Source: an uncultured Verrucomicrobiae bacterium (GTDB lineage: Bacteria; Verrucomicrobiota; Verrucomicrobiia; Chthoniobacterales; JAFAMB01). Taken from it: DNA of 64,000 nt. Positions 47,113-56,919 of this stretch are shown one piece after another; position 1 is the stretch's first letter; every line of letters starts with the position of its first letter. The position numbers and the translations under genes are program-made. The stretch is taken from contig CAVXLD010000007.1 in NCBI GenBank assembly GCA_963762565.1, positions 320,001-384,000 of the forward strand, read 5' to 3'. The notes under the pieces are model-generated. The model did not search any database and was not told where the DNA came from. It saw nothing but the letters and a program-made list of their open reading frames with translations.

Positions 47113-49893
47113 TCATTTTTTCTCTAAGGCAGCTTGGGCTGCGGCCAAACGTGCAACCGGTATTCTGAAGGGACTGCAACTCACATAGTTTAGGCCGATT
47201 CGATGACAGAATTTTACGCTTTCCGGGTCGCCACCATGCTCACCACAGATCCCAAGTTCGATATCCGGACGTGTCTTGTGCGCCTGATCCCTGGCGAATT
47301 CCATTAGTTTCCCGACTCCCTGCTGATCGATCGTGGCGAATGGGTTATTCGCCAAGATCTCCAGTTCTTGATACTGAGGAAGGAACCCCCCGGAATCATC
47401 CCGACTCATACCCAACGTGGTCTGCGTGAGGTCGTTTGTTCCAAAGCTAAAAAACTCCGCCTCTTTGGCCAGCTCATCTGCAACCATGGCCCCGCGAGGT
47501 ATCTCCAGCATGATGCCAACCAGGTACTTGAATCTAACACTCTGTTCCTTGGCGACCTCTTTCGCTACGCGATGAACGATTTCGAATTGCAGACTCATCT
47601 CTCTGTAGAACCCAACTAACGGAATCATGATCTCGGGTTGCACTTTAATGCCGCTCTTGTGAACTTCGGCAACCGCTTCAAAAATTGCGCGAGCCTGCAT
47701 CTCCGTGACTTCGGGGTAGGCGATGCCAAGCCGGCAACCACGCAACCCTAGCATCGGATTGAACTCACGTAATTCCTCGACTCGATGCGCGATCCGCTCG
47801 AAAGAAACGCTCAATTTCTTAGCCAGATCTCTCTGCTGAGGTTCCGTATTCGGCAAAAACTCGTGCAGCGGCGGATCCAGGAATCGGATGGTCGTTGGCA
47901 GACCTTTCATTTCACGGAAGATTCCGACAAAATCAGCTCTCTGCAGCGGTAGTAGCTTGGCCAGCGCTGCCTTGCGTTCTTCTAGGGTTTCCGCCAAAAT
48001 CATCTCTCGCATTGAATCGATGCGATTGCCTTCGAAGAACATGTGTTCCGTGCGGCAAAGTCCAATGCCGGTGGCTCCGAAAGCGATCGCGACCGCGGCT
48101 TGGTTTGGCAAATCCGCATTGGCTCGCACTTCGAGTGTTCGCACTTGATCTGCCCAACGCATGAGCGAAGCGAATTCCTGGTAGACCTTGCTCTGTTTGG
48201 GATCGAGTTTCTTTTCCACCAGGACCTGTACGACCTCGGAAGCAGCGGTTTTCACTTCACCCGCGTAAACTTCGCCCGCCGTACCATCAATGGAAATATA
48301 GTCGCCTTGTTTGAGGGTTAGTTTTCCGGCGGTTAAGGTTTGAGCGGAATAATCGGTCTGCAGCGCTGACGCACCGCAAACACAGACCTTACCCATTTGC
48401 CGGGCCACGAGAGCCGCGTGCGAAGAGACCCCGCCTCGAGCCGTTAATATTCCCTGCGCGGCGATCATGCCCCGTAAGTCCTCCGGCGACGTTTCGATCC
48501 GGGCAAGAATCACTCTTTCGCCTTTTTGAGCCAATTCGACTGCTTCTTTGGCAGTGAACACCAGGCGGCCGGACGCAGCGCCTGGGCCGGCAGCTAGTCC
48601 GGTTGCGATCTTGGTTGTCTTACGAACGCTTTCCCGATCGAAGATAGGAGCCAAGAGATGACTCAATGAATCTGCCGGGATTCGCCGGATCGCTTCCTCT
48701 TTCGTAATTAGTTTCTCGGCCACCATATCCATGGCAATCCGGACCGCGGCAAAACCGGTTCTCTTTCCGTTTCTGGTCTGGAGGATGTAGAGCTTATTGT
48801 CTTCCACGGTGAATTCGAGATCCTGCATATCTCGGAAATGCTCTTCGAGTTTTGAGCGCACTTGCAATAGCTCTCGATGCGCCCTCGGCATCTCTTCAGC
48901 CAACTGAGCTACTGGGTGCGGTGTACGGACACCGGCCACCACATCTTCTCCCTGGGCGTTGATGAGATACTCACCGTAAAACACTTTTTCTCCCGTCGCC
49001 GGATCGCGGGTAAAAGCCACTCCGGTTGCGGAAGTGTCGCCACGGTTACCAAACACCATGGTCTGGACATTGACCGCCGTGCCCCATTCATGCGGGATGC
49101 CGTATTTGCGACGATAAACGATCGCTCGGTCATTGTTCCAAGAACCAAAGACGGCTCCAATGGCGCCCCATAACTGTTGGTCGGGATCTTGAGGGAAATT
49201 TTCCCCGGTCCGCTCCTTAATTAAGCGTTTGAACCGTTCTACCAGGATCTTCAAGTCGTCTGCGGACAGATCCGTGTCTTTCTCAGCGTTCGCGGATCGC
49301 TTGACCTCATCGATGATGGTTTCAAAGGGATCGTGATCTTCGCCGGCTCGTTTCTGGACACTCATCACGACATCGCCGTAGGTCTGCAAGAATCTGCGAT
49401 ACGAGTCCCAAGCAAACCGAGGATTATGGGTCTTTTCCGCCACGACTTCCACGACCTCGTCATTCATTCCGAGGTTCAAGATGGTGTCCATCATTCCGGG
49501 CATCGAGTCACGTGCTCCAGAACGGACGGAAACCAGCAGCGGATTGGCGCGATCTCCGAGCTTCTTACCTACGGATTTCTCGACTTTTGCCAACGCCTTT
49601 GCGACCTGAGCGGCAAGCTCAGGGGGATACTGTTTTTTGTTAGCGTAAAAGTAAGTGCATACTTCGGTGGTAATAGTGAATCCCGGAGGTACCGGCAATC
49701 CGATCCGCGTCATTTCGTGGAGGCCGGCGCCCTTGCCGCCTAACAGAGGTTTCATTGATCCTTTTCCATCGGCCTTACCATCGCCGAAAGAATAAACGTA
49801 GTGGCTTTCTTTTGGCGTGACGGGAGTGGTTCCCGCAGTCCGCGCGCGAGCGGGCGATTTCTTAGCGATCTTTTTTTTGAGTAGTTTGGACAT
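47113..49893 (-). CDS. ppdK: Pyruvate, phosphate dikinase
   Basis: [29 protein letters not shown] (phospho-His), [26 protein letters not shown]. Confidence 0.97.
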   Translation of the reverse strand: MSKLLKKKIAKKSPARARTAGTTPVTPKESHYVYSFGDGKADGKGSMKPLLGGKGAGLHEMTRIGLPVPPGFTITTEVCTYFYANKKQYPPELAAQVAKALAKVEKSVGKKLGDRANPLLVSVRSGARDSMPGMMDTILNLGMNDEVVEVVAEKTHNPRFAWDSYRRFLQTYGDVVMSVQKRAGEDHDPFETIIDEVKRSANAEKDTDLSADDLKILVERFKRLIKERTGENFPQDPDQQLWGAIGAVFGSWNNDRAIVYRRKYGIPHEWGTAVNVQTMVFGNRGDTSATGVAFTRDPATGEKVFYGEYLINAQGEDVVAGVRTPHPVAQLAEEMPRAHRELLQVRSKLEEHFRDMQDLEFTVEDNKLYILQTRNGKRTGFAAVRIAMDMVAEKLITKEEAIRRIPADSLSHLLAPIFDRESVRKTTKIATGLAAGPGAASGRLVFTAKEAVELAQKGERVILARIETSPEDLRGMIAAQGILTARGGVSSHAALVARQMGKVCVCGASALQTDYSAQTLTAGKLTLKQGDYISIDGTAGEVYAGEVKTAASEVVQVLVEKKLDPKQSKVYQEFASLMRWADQVRTLEVRANADLPNQAAVAIAFGATGIGLCRTEHMFFEGNRIDSMREMILAETLEERKAALAKLLPLQRADFVGIFREMKGLPTTIRFLDPPLHEFLPNTEPQQRDLAKKLSVSFERIAHRVEELREFNPMLGLRGCRLGIAYPEVTEMQARAIFEAVAEVHKSGIKVQPEIMIPLVGFYREMSLQFEIVHRVAKEVAKEQSVRFKYLVGIMLEIPRGAMVADELAKEAEFFSFGTNDLTQTTLGMSRDDSGGFLPQYQELEILANNPFATIDQQGVGKLMEFARDQAHKTRPDIELGICGEHGGDPESVKFCHRIGLNYVSCSPFRIPVARLAAAQAALEKK

Positions 49894-50085
49894 AAGACGG
49901 GAGTTCTAAGGGAGATAAAGAAAAAGTTTCCAATCCAGGCTGTACTAACATGAACTAATTGCCTTGCGCCGACATTCCATCGATTGGCAATTGCTCGTCC
50001 TCCCTTGTCCCCCCCTGGGGCGAACTGCTAGCGTTGGTTAGTTTTCCTTGTCGTCAGATGTTTGCTGAGAGAGCATCTTCCAACA

Positions 50086-50643
50086 ATGTGGGTGAGCAAA
50101 AGCATTCATCGATTGGTACGATTTCGGCGGCGGACGCTCCTATTCCTAGCCGCGATGGGGCCGGGGATTATTACGATGATCGCGGACAACGATGCCGGTG
50201 GCATTTCCACTTATGCTCAAACTGGCGTGAGGACTGGGTTCAACTTGCTGTGGGCGTTCATTATCCTGGTGCCGATGGCGTACTACGTGCAGGAGATGAC
50301 GGTTCGTTTAGGTGCGGTCACTAAACGCGGTCACGCCGAGGCCATCTTTGACGGATTTGGAAAGTTCTGGGGCTGGTCTGCAGTGGGGAAAGGGTTTTAC
50401 AGTCCGAATTTCCATTTTAGCCAGACTTTCACCCCCGATCGCGTTGCTGACTTTGATCATGGCGAACATCGGTACCACCATCACTCCTTGGCAGATCTTT
50501 TTTCATCAGTCAGCGGTAGTAGACAAAGGTATGGACGTCGCCGACATCACGGCGGGCAAGATCGATACTTTTGTCGGCTCGCTGATGACCTGTGTAGTAG
50601 CAGTGTTTATCATTATTGCTACGGCCGGGGTCTTTCATTTTAA
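50086..50643 (+). pseudogene. NRAMP-family divalent metal transporter remnant
   Basis: GPGIITMIADNDAGGISTY...QEMTVRLG in one frame and ANIGTTITPWQIFF.QSAVVDKG in another; much shorter than full length. Confidence 0.8.
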
Positions 50644-51023
50644 TCTCGATCAGGATCCGAAATGGCGGTTCGAGGAGTTCAAGGAGGGGAGTCAGGAGCT
50701 AGAATCCAGGAGCTAGGAGGTCTTGGGCGAGGGGGGCTCCTGGAGACGAAGAGCTAGGAGACGCTGGGTACATCCGTTCCAGGGGACGCCTGACCCCTGC
50801 AGTAATGGTCTATTTGGTAATCACTCTTCCTTGTTTCCGCTTTCTTACCTCGCGCCTTTGCGGCTTTGCGTGAGATGTTTCTCTGGTCCTAGCTCCTTCC
50901 TCCTTGCACTCCTCCTAGACCTGCCAGGACGTGGTGGCCCGCCAAGAGAAGAGATGAATTGATCAAGCCAGGTGGAGCGGTCGGTCGCTTGTTGGGACAG
51001 CGTTCCGTAACGGAAGGAAGAGC

Positions 51024-51572
51024 ATGATCAGCACAAGCGAAAAAGAGCCCAGCAAAGTTAATAGTCGACCTGCACGTCTGGCCAGATCGCGAGTCCCGTT
51101 TGGAGTGAGACATATCCTCGTGGCGATGGAATCGGATGAAAAGGTTCCGAGAGCGGTCGAGTACGCGAAACGATTTGCACGGCTTTGCCATTGTCAGCTG
51201 ACGCTGATGTCCGTCTACCGGGTCAAATACAGTTTCGCACCGTTGCACGGTTTGGAAGCAGTGAGGTCCATGGAGCAGGAGATGGACCAAGCATTTCAAG
51301 ACCTTGAGAGTCTCACGACGCAAGTCCGGCAAGGCTTCCAAGAGTGCGACGCTTGCTTTCGAGCAGGTATCCCAGACGACGAGATTTCTTGGACGGTTAA
51401 TGCCCTGGGCATCGACTTGATCGTGATCGGGAAACGCTGTGGGCAACCGACGCAGGATAAGTCTGACGGGATTAAGGCGGAGACGATAAGGCAGCGGACC
51501 GGCTGCCCGGTCATAGTGGTTCAGGAAGACAAACGGTCGTCAGGTCCCTCCGGGACGGGCTGCTTTTCCTAA
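51024..51572 (+). CDS. Universal stress protein (divergent)
   Basis: HILVAM...LTLMSVY...GIPDDEI...DLIVIG...GCPVIVV; the 3' end runs into a repeat. Confidence 0.8.
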   Translation: MISTSEKEPSKVNSRPARLARSRVPFGVRHILVAMESDEKVPRAVEYAKRFARLCHCQLTLMSVYRVKYSFAPLHGLEAVRSMEQEMDQAFQDLESLTTQVRQGFQECDACFRAGIPDDEISWTVNALGIDLIVIGKRCGQPTQDKSDGIKAETIRQRTGCPVIVVQEDKRSSGPSGTGCFS

Positions 51573-51630
51573 CAGATTCCAGCCCCGAAAGCTTTCGGGG
51601 CTGGCTGCGTTCATTCAGTCCCTACGGGAC
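51544..51630. repeat. REP-like unit with a perfect 26-nt palindrome
   Basis: GTCCCTCCGGGAC...CCAGCCCCGAAAGCTTTCGGGGCTGG...TTCATTCAGTCCCTACGGGAC. Confidence 0.85.
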
Positions 51631-51651
51631 GTTAGTCGTAGATAGAACGGT

Positions 51652-52659
51652 TCAAAGAGCCTGAGAGTGGCGCCACGACGTTGCAATCCCGCGAACATAT
51701 TGCGCTCTTTCGAACGCTTCCGGGTTCGGGGATTTCATTTGACTCAAACTGCCTTTCAACTGTTCGACGGAGTCGTATTCGTGTTTCTCTAACCATTCCG
51801 CCAGCTCTTGTTCAATCAAAGTAAGAGAAGGTATGCCTCTCCGTAAGAGGATGGAGCAAAGCATGGTAACGTCGGCCCCTGCCATCAACATCTTAACCAC
51901 ATCCTGGCCGTGATGGATGCCACTGGTGGCTGCGAGGTCCGCCTTTACTCTGCCGTACAGCAGCGCGATCCAGCGCAAAGGCAAACGCATTGCCATGGGA
52001 GTACTTAGAAGAATATTTGGGCTAATCTCGAGCGATTCTAAATCGATATCTGGTTGGTAAAACCGGTTGAATAGAACCAAGGCATCGGCTCCTCGACTAA
52101 CCAACTGTTTTGCCATGTTAGCAAAACTGCTGAAGAAAGGGCTGACCTTTACGGCGATGGGGATCGCGACAGTCCTTTTGACGTGGGAAACGATGTCGAG
52201 ATATCTTCTTTCGACATCGTCTCCGGTTAGATCGAGGTCGGTCGGAATCCAATAGATATTGAGTTCGAGCCCATCGGCGCCTGCCTCCTCGATTCGTTTT
52301 GCATAATCGATCCAGCCGCCGGCGGTGGAACCGTTCAAACTAGCAATGATAGGAATCGAAACGGCTGCCTTAGCCGCCACAATTTCGTCGAGATAGCTCT
52401 CGGGCCCGACCGCTAACTCGTGCATCTCGGGAGTGTAGGTTAAAGCTTCCGCATAGCTCTCTGTCCCGTGAGTGAGATAGTGTAGAAATTGATGGCGCTC
52501 GAACGAGATATGTTCTTCGAACAACGAATGCATAACCACCGCAGCCGCACCGGCGTCTTCCATACGTTTGATATTGTCCAGGCTTTCGCTCAAGGGCGAG
52601 GCAGACGGTACCAGTGGGGTTCTTAGAGTTATTCCCAAATATGTCGTCTTTAGGTTCAT
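51652..52659 (-). CDS. Dihydroorotate dehydrogenase-like FMN protein (nifJ-associated)
   Basis: [49 protein letters not shown]. Confidence 0.88.
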   Translation of the reverse strand: MNLKTTYLGITLRTPLVPSASPLSESLDNIKRMEDAGAAAVVMHSLFEEHISFERHQFLHYLTHGTESYAEALTYTPEMHELAVGPESYLDEIVAAKAAVSIPIIASLNGSTAGGWIDYAKRIEEAGADGLELNIYWIPTDLDLTGDDVERRYLDIVSHVKRTVAIPIAVKVSPFFSSFANMAKQLVSRGADALVLFNRFYQPDIDLESLEISPNILLSTPMAMRLPLRWIALLYGRVKADLAATSGIHHGQDVVKMLMAGADVTMLCSILLRRGIPSLTLIEQELAEWLEKHEYDSVEQLKGSLSQMKSPNPEAFERAQYVRGIATSWRHSQAL

Positions 52660-52712
52660 GACAGGTGAAAGTTAGGGGTTAGCAGTTAGCAATTGGCGGT
52701 TCTTGTCGGCAG

Positions 52713-55700
52713 TCAGCGGTTAGGAATAGCTGTTGGAGATAGGTCATTAGTTTCTTTCGATCCGTTATTGGCGAGTTGCTGAAAGTGTTGCCAACGCTTC
52801 TGGATATTCTCCTGGGCTTGTAGGAATAAACGCCCGGCTTCTTCTGGTTTGCTCTTACTGAGCATTCTGAACCTGTTTTCCAACTTGAGATACTCGGATA
52901 CAGGCAATTTAGGAGCCGCCGAATCGATATGCAGCGGGTTTTCTCCTTTTGTGACCAGTGAGGGATTATAACGATAGAGCAACCACTGCCCTGTCTGGAC
53001 CGCAGCTTTTTGATTCTGCATCGCCGTGGTCATATTGATCCCGTGGGCGATGCAATGGCTGTAAGCGATGATCAGAGCGGGACCGTCGTAGGCCTCGGCT
53101 TCTAGAAATGACTTTAAGGTGTGTTCGTCTTTCGCGCCCATGGCAACACAGGCGACATAAATATTGCCGTAAGTCATGGAGATCAGTCCAAGGTCCTTCT
53201 TAGCAATGCGTTTGCCGCCCGCAGCGTATTTTGCGACTGCTCCCAGCGGAGTCGACTTGGAACATTGGCCGCCGGTGTTTGAATAAACCTCGGTATCCAG
53301 CAGCAAGACTTTCACGTTGCAGCCACTGGCGAGAACGTGATCGAGACCTCCGTAGCCGATGTCGTATCCCCAGCCGTCCCCACCAATTACCCAAACACTC
53401 TTGCGTACCAGGGTGTCAACCACAGGCAACAATTGCCGGGCAACCTCTGAGTCAGCCTTCTCCAACTCCCGCTTGAGCTGGGTGACTCGCGCGCGTTGTG
53501 CATACACGCCGGCGGCGTCCTTTTGATCTGCTGTGAGAATTTCCTCGACCAATTCAGCCCTGACCAGACCATCGAGTTGCCGCAGCAACTCGGCTGCGAA
53601 TTGAGATTGTTTGTCCAGAGACACTCGAAATCCCATGCCGAACTCGGCAGCGTCTTCGAATAGCGAGTTGGACCAGGCTGGTCCTAACCCATCGGCACCT
53701 GCTGCATAGGGAGTCGTTGGTAAGTTCCCGCCATAGATGGATGAACAACCGGTCGCATTCGCGATCAGCAACCGATCTCCGAACAGCTGGGTCAATAATT
53801 TAATATAGGGCGTCTCGCCACATCCGGCGCAAGCCCCGGAAAACTCGAAAAGCGGCTCGGCGACCTGCATGCCCCGGACATTCTCGAAGGAAAGCTGGGG
53901 GCGCTCCTGGTTAGGCAGAGCAGAGAAGAATTCCCAATTTTGACGTTCGGCGTCACGCAACTCGGAATGAGAGCGCATATTGATTGCCTTCAGCCGTGCT
54001 TCGCTCTTGTTGCGCGCCGGACAAACATCGACGCAAATGCCGCAACCAGTGCAATCCTCAGTGGAGACTTGCAACGTGTAGTTGAGCCCCTTCCATTCAG
54101 GAAGTCTGGCCTGGTTGGATTTGAACGAATCCGGCGCCGAAGTCAGAAATGACGGCTCGTAAACCTTACTTCTAATCACCGCGTGCGGACAAACTAAGAC
54201 GCACTTTCCGCACTGGATGCAGATGTCCGGATCCCAAACCGGCACTTCGAGGGCCAGATTCCGTTTCTCCCAGCGGGCAGTTCCCGTAGGATAGGTTCCA
54301 TCTACAGGCAATGCGCTGACGGGGACTTCGTCTCCGTGCCCGGCGATCAGTTTGCCGAGCACATCTCGAATGAATGGTGGCGCTTTGGTTACTGCGGCTG
54401 GTTCGAGCTCGGGTCGGGGAGTGACTTCTTCAGGAATATGAACTTCGAACAAGTACGTGAGAGTGTGGTCGACCGCGTTCAGGTTCGTCTGTACGATGTC
54501 GGCGCCTTTTTTTCCGTAAGTCTTACGAATCGAGTCTTTGATTGCGGACATCGCTTCTTGGCTGGGAAGCACGCCGGAGATGGCGAAGAAACAGGTCTGC
54601 ATGATCGTGTTGATCCTGCCGCCCATCCCGGTCTCATGAGCCACCTTATGTGCGTCGATCACAAAGAAGTGCGGCCGTTTTTCGATGAGTTGTTTCTGCA
54701 CCGATTCCGGCAGACGGCTCCAGACCTCGTCGGGGCCGAATGGCGTATTCAAAAGGAACGTCCCGTGTGGCGCGACCTTGTCTACGACATCGTAGCGTTC
54801 AAGAAAACCAGGCTGGTGACAGCCGACGAAATTTGCTTCGCTGACTAAATAAGTTGAACGAATTGGGCGGGGGCCAAACCGCAGATGCGAGATCGTCATC
54901 GCTCCGGATTTCTTGGAGTCGTAGACGAAATAACCTTGAGCGTAGTTGGGGGTATTTTCTCCGATGATCTTGATGGACTCCTTATTCGCGCCGACGGTGC
55001 CGTCAGATCCGAGCCCGTAAAAGACCGCTCGCACGACATCACTGGATTCTACCGAAAAGGAAGCATCATAGACCAGACTCGTTCCGGTAACGTCGTCATT
55101 GATCCCAATGGTAAAATGATTTTTCGGGATCGGTTCCTTCAAATTGTCCAACGCCGCCTTGACCATGGCCGGCGTGAATTCTTTCGAAGATAAACCGTAC
55201 CTTCCGCCAACGATCCGCAACTCGGTTCTGTTAGCTTCTTGCAGAGCATTAACGCAATCCAAGTAAAGCGGTTCACCAGCGCTACCCGGTTCCTTAGTTC
55301 GATCCAAAACTGCAATCGCTTTGACGGTGGATGGCAGGGCTCGAACGAAGCCGGGAGAGTCGAAAGGCCGGTATAGGCGAACTTTCAAAACCCCGACCTT
55401 CTCCCCCTGAGAATTCAAGAAATCCGCAGTCTCTTCTGCTGCTTCTCCGCCGGAGCCCATTATAACGATCACTCGCTCGGCATCGGCTGCCCCCTGATAG
55501 TCGAAGAGATGGTACTGGCGTCCGGTAAGAGCGGCGAAACGATCCATCGCGTCCTGTACGATATGCGGACACGCCTGATAAAATTGGTTAGCAGCTTCTC
55601 TCGCCTGGAAATAAACGTCCGGGTTCTGAGCAGTACCGCGGATAACTGGATGATCGGGAGACAAGGCGCGAGCTCGATGCGCGCGAACCCATTCTTCCTT

Positions 55701-56288
55701 GATCATGGTCCGCATAGTCTCGGGGGAAAGGATTTCGATCTTGGCGATTTCGTGCGAGGTACGGAATCCGTCGAAAAAGAAAAGGAATGGTACGCGCGAT
55801 TCAAGGGTTGCGGCGTGAGCAATCAAGGAAAAATCCTGTGCTTCCTGAACTGAAGCCGCAGAAAGCATGGCAAAGCCGGTTGCCCGCGCGGCCATAACAT
55901 CGCTATGATCGCCAAAGATGGAGAGGGCTTGGCCGGCTAATGACCTGGCGGCTACATGCAAAACGAACGGTGTTAGCTCACCCGCGATTTTGTAGAGGTT
56001 CGGGATCATGAGTAACAATCCCTGCGAAGCCGTAAACGTTGTGCTGAGAGAGCCGGTTTGAAGCGCGCCATGGATTGCACCGGCGGCTCCGCCTTCGCTT
56101 TGCATTTCAATGACGGCAGGAACGGTACCCCACAGATTCTTTTTACCGGCAGCAGCCCAAGCGTCCGCTGACTCGCCCATGGGGGAGGCTGGGGTAATGG
56201 GAAAAAGGGCGATCACTTCATTGAGTTGATAGGCGACCCGTGCCGCCGCTTCATTTCCGTCGATTGTGGCAAAAGATTTCGGGTTCAT
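52713..56288 (-). CDS. nifJ: Pyruvate:ferredoxin (flavodoxin) oxidoreductase
   Basis: PITPAS.M.E, FDGFRTSHE, GLGSDGTVGANK, two CxxCxxCxxxCP, FSGACAGCGETPY, GGDGW.YDIG, YSHCIAHG. Confidence 0.97.
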   Translation of the reverse strand: MNPKSFATIDGNEAAARVAYQLNEVIALFPITPASPMGESADAWAAAGKKNLWGTVPAVIEMQSEGGAAGAIHGALQTGSLSTTFTASQGLLLMIPNLYKIAGELTPFVLHVAARSLAGQALSIFGDHSDVMAARATGFAMLSAASVQEAQDFSLIAHAATLESRVPFLFFFDGFRTSHEIAKIEILSPETMRTMIKEEWVRAHRARALSPDHPVIRGTAQNPDVYFQAREAANQFYQACPHIVQDAMDRFAALTGRQYHLFDYQGAADAERVIVIMGSGGEAAEETADFLNSQGEKVGVLKVRLYRPFDSPGFVRALPSTVKAIAVLDRTKEPGSAGEPLYLDCVNALQEANRTELRIVGGRYGLSSKEFTPAMVKAALDNLKEPIPKNHFTIGINDDVTGTSLVYDASFSVESSDVVRAVFYGLGSDGTVGANKESIKIIGENTPNYAQGYFVYDSKKSGAMTISHLRFGPRPIRSTYLVSEANFVGCHQPGFLERYDVVDKVAPHGTFLLNTPFGPDEVWSRLPESVQKQLIEKRPHFFVIDAHKVAHETGMGGRINTIMQTCFFAISGVLPSQEAMSAIKDSIRKTYGKKGADIVQTNLNAVDHTLTYLFEVHIPEEVTPRPELEPAAVTKAPPFIRDVLGKLIAGHGDEVPVSALPVDGTYPTGTARWEKRNLALEVPVWDPDICIQCGKCVLVCPHAVIRSKVYEPSFLTSAPDSFKSNQARLPEWKGLNYTLQVSTEDCTGCGICVDVCPARNKSEARLKAINMRSHSELRDAERQNWEFFSALPNQERPQLSFENVRGMQVAEPLFEFSGACAGCGETPYIKLLTQLFGDRLLIANATGCSSIYGGNLPTTPYAAGADGLGPAWSNSLFEDAAEFGMGFRVSLDKQSQFAAELLRQLDGLVRAELVEEILTADQKDAAGVYAQRARVTQLKRELEKADSEVARQLLPVVDTLVRKSVWVIGGDGWGYDIGYGGLDHVLASGCNVKVLLLDTEVYSNTGGQCSKSTPLGAVAKYAAGGKRIAKKDLGLISMTYGNIYVACVAMGAKDEHTLKSFLEAEAYDGPALIIAYSHCIAHGINMTTAMQNQKAAVQTGQWLLYRYNPSLVTKGENPLHIDSAAPKLPVSEYLKLENRFRMLSKSKPEEAGRLFLQAQENIQKRWQHFQQLANNGSKETNDLSPTAIPNR

Positions 56289-56417
56289 GGCTTCTCGTAG
56301 AAGTTATCCCGGTGGTTGCGATTGGCTTACCGCGGATTGGCCAAACCTGATTCTCTTTTGTGGGGGGCCGTGTGCGGCCAGGTAATTCATTGCCGGGTCT
56401 GCGTGCAAAAAAGGGAC

Positions 56418-56759
56418 CCGTCCCGTAGGGACTGAATGATGGTAGCCAGGCAGTTCACTGCCTGGAACCTCCCGCCCAAGACGATACCGTCTCGTAGAGA
56501 CGGTATGATTTAATGGCCCTCCTAATCGTGTTCAGGTCGATTTTTAGCGCTAACGCATGGAGACTGGTATCGGGTTTGGAGGAAATCGAAACGCGAGGCA
56601 ACTCACAAACGCTCGGCAGAACGCGCTTTCGAGCCCGCGTGCCAGCACGATTACGTGACCGTTAACTAATCATACCGTCTCTACGAGACGGTATCGACTT
56701 GGGTGCGGGTTCCAGGCAGTGAACTGCCAGGCTACGATCACTTAGTCCCTACGGGACGG
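56418..56759. repeat. REPIN/MITE-like element: two inverted about 92-nt arms around a about 157-nt spacer
   Basis: 56418-56510 pairs with 56668-56759; each arm holds three hairpins (GTCCC.TAGGGAC, CCAGGCAG..CACTGCCTGG, TACCGTCTC.TAGAGACGGTA). Confidence 0.9.
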
Positions 56760-56919
56760 ATGCCTCGTTTGGGCAAATCGAGGTCGATCAACTGTGCAGC
56801 CACGGGTCATTCATGTCCTCGGGCGCAATCCGACACTCTTGGCACAGCCATGTCTCGGACCTGAATACTACTATGTCTTCAACGCCCCCTACCGATCACC
56901 AATCACTGGTCACTGATCA

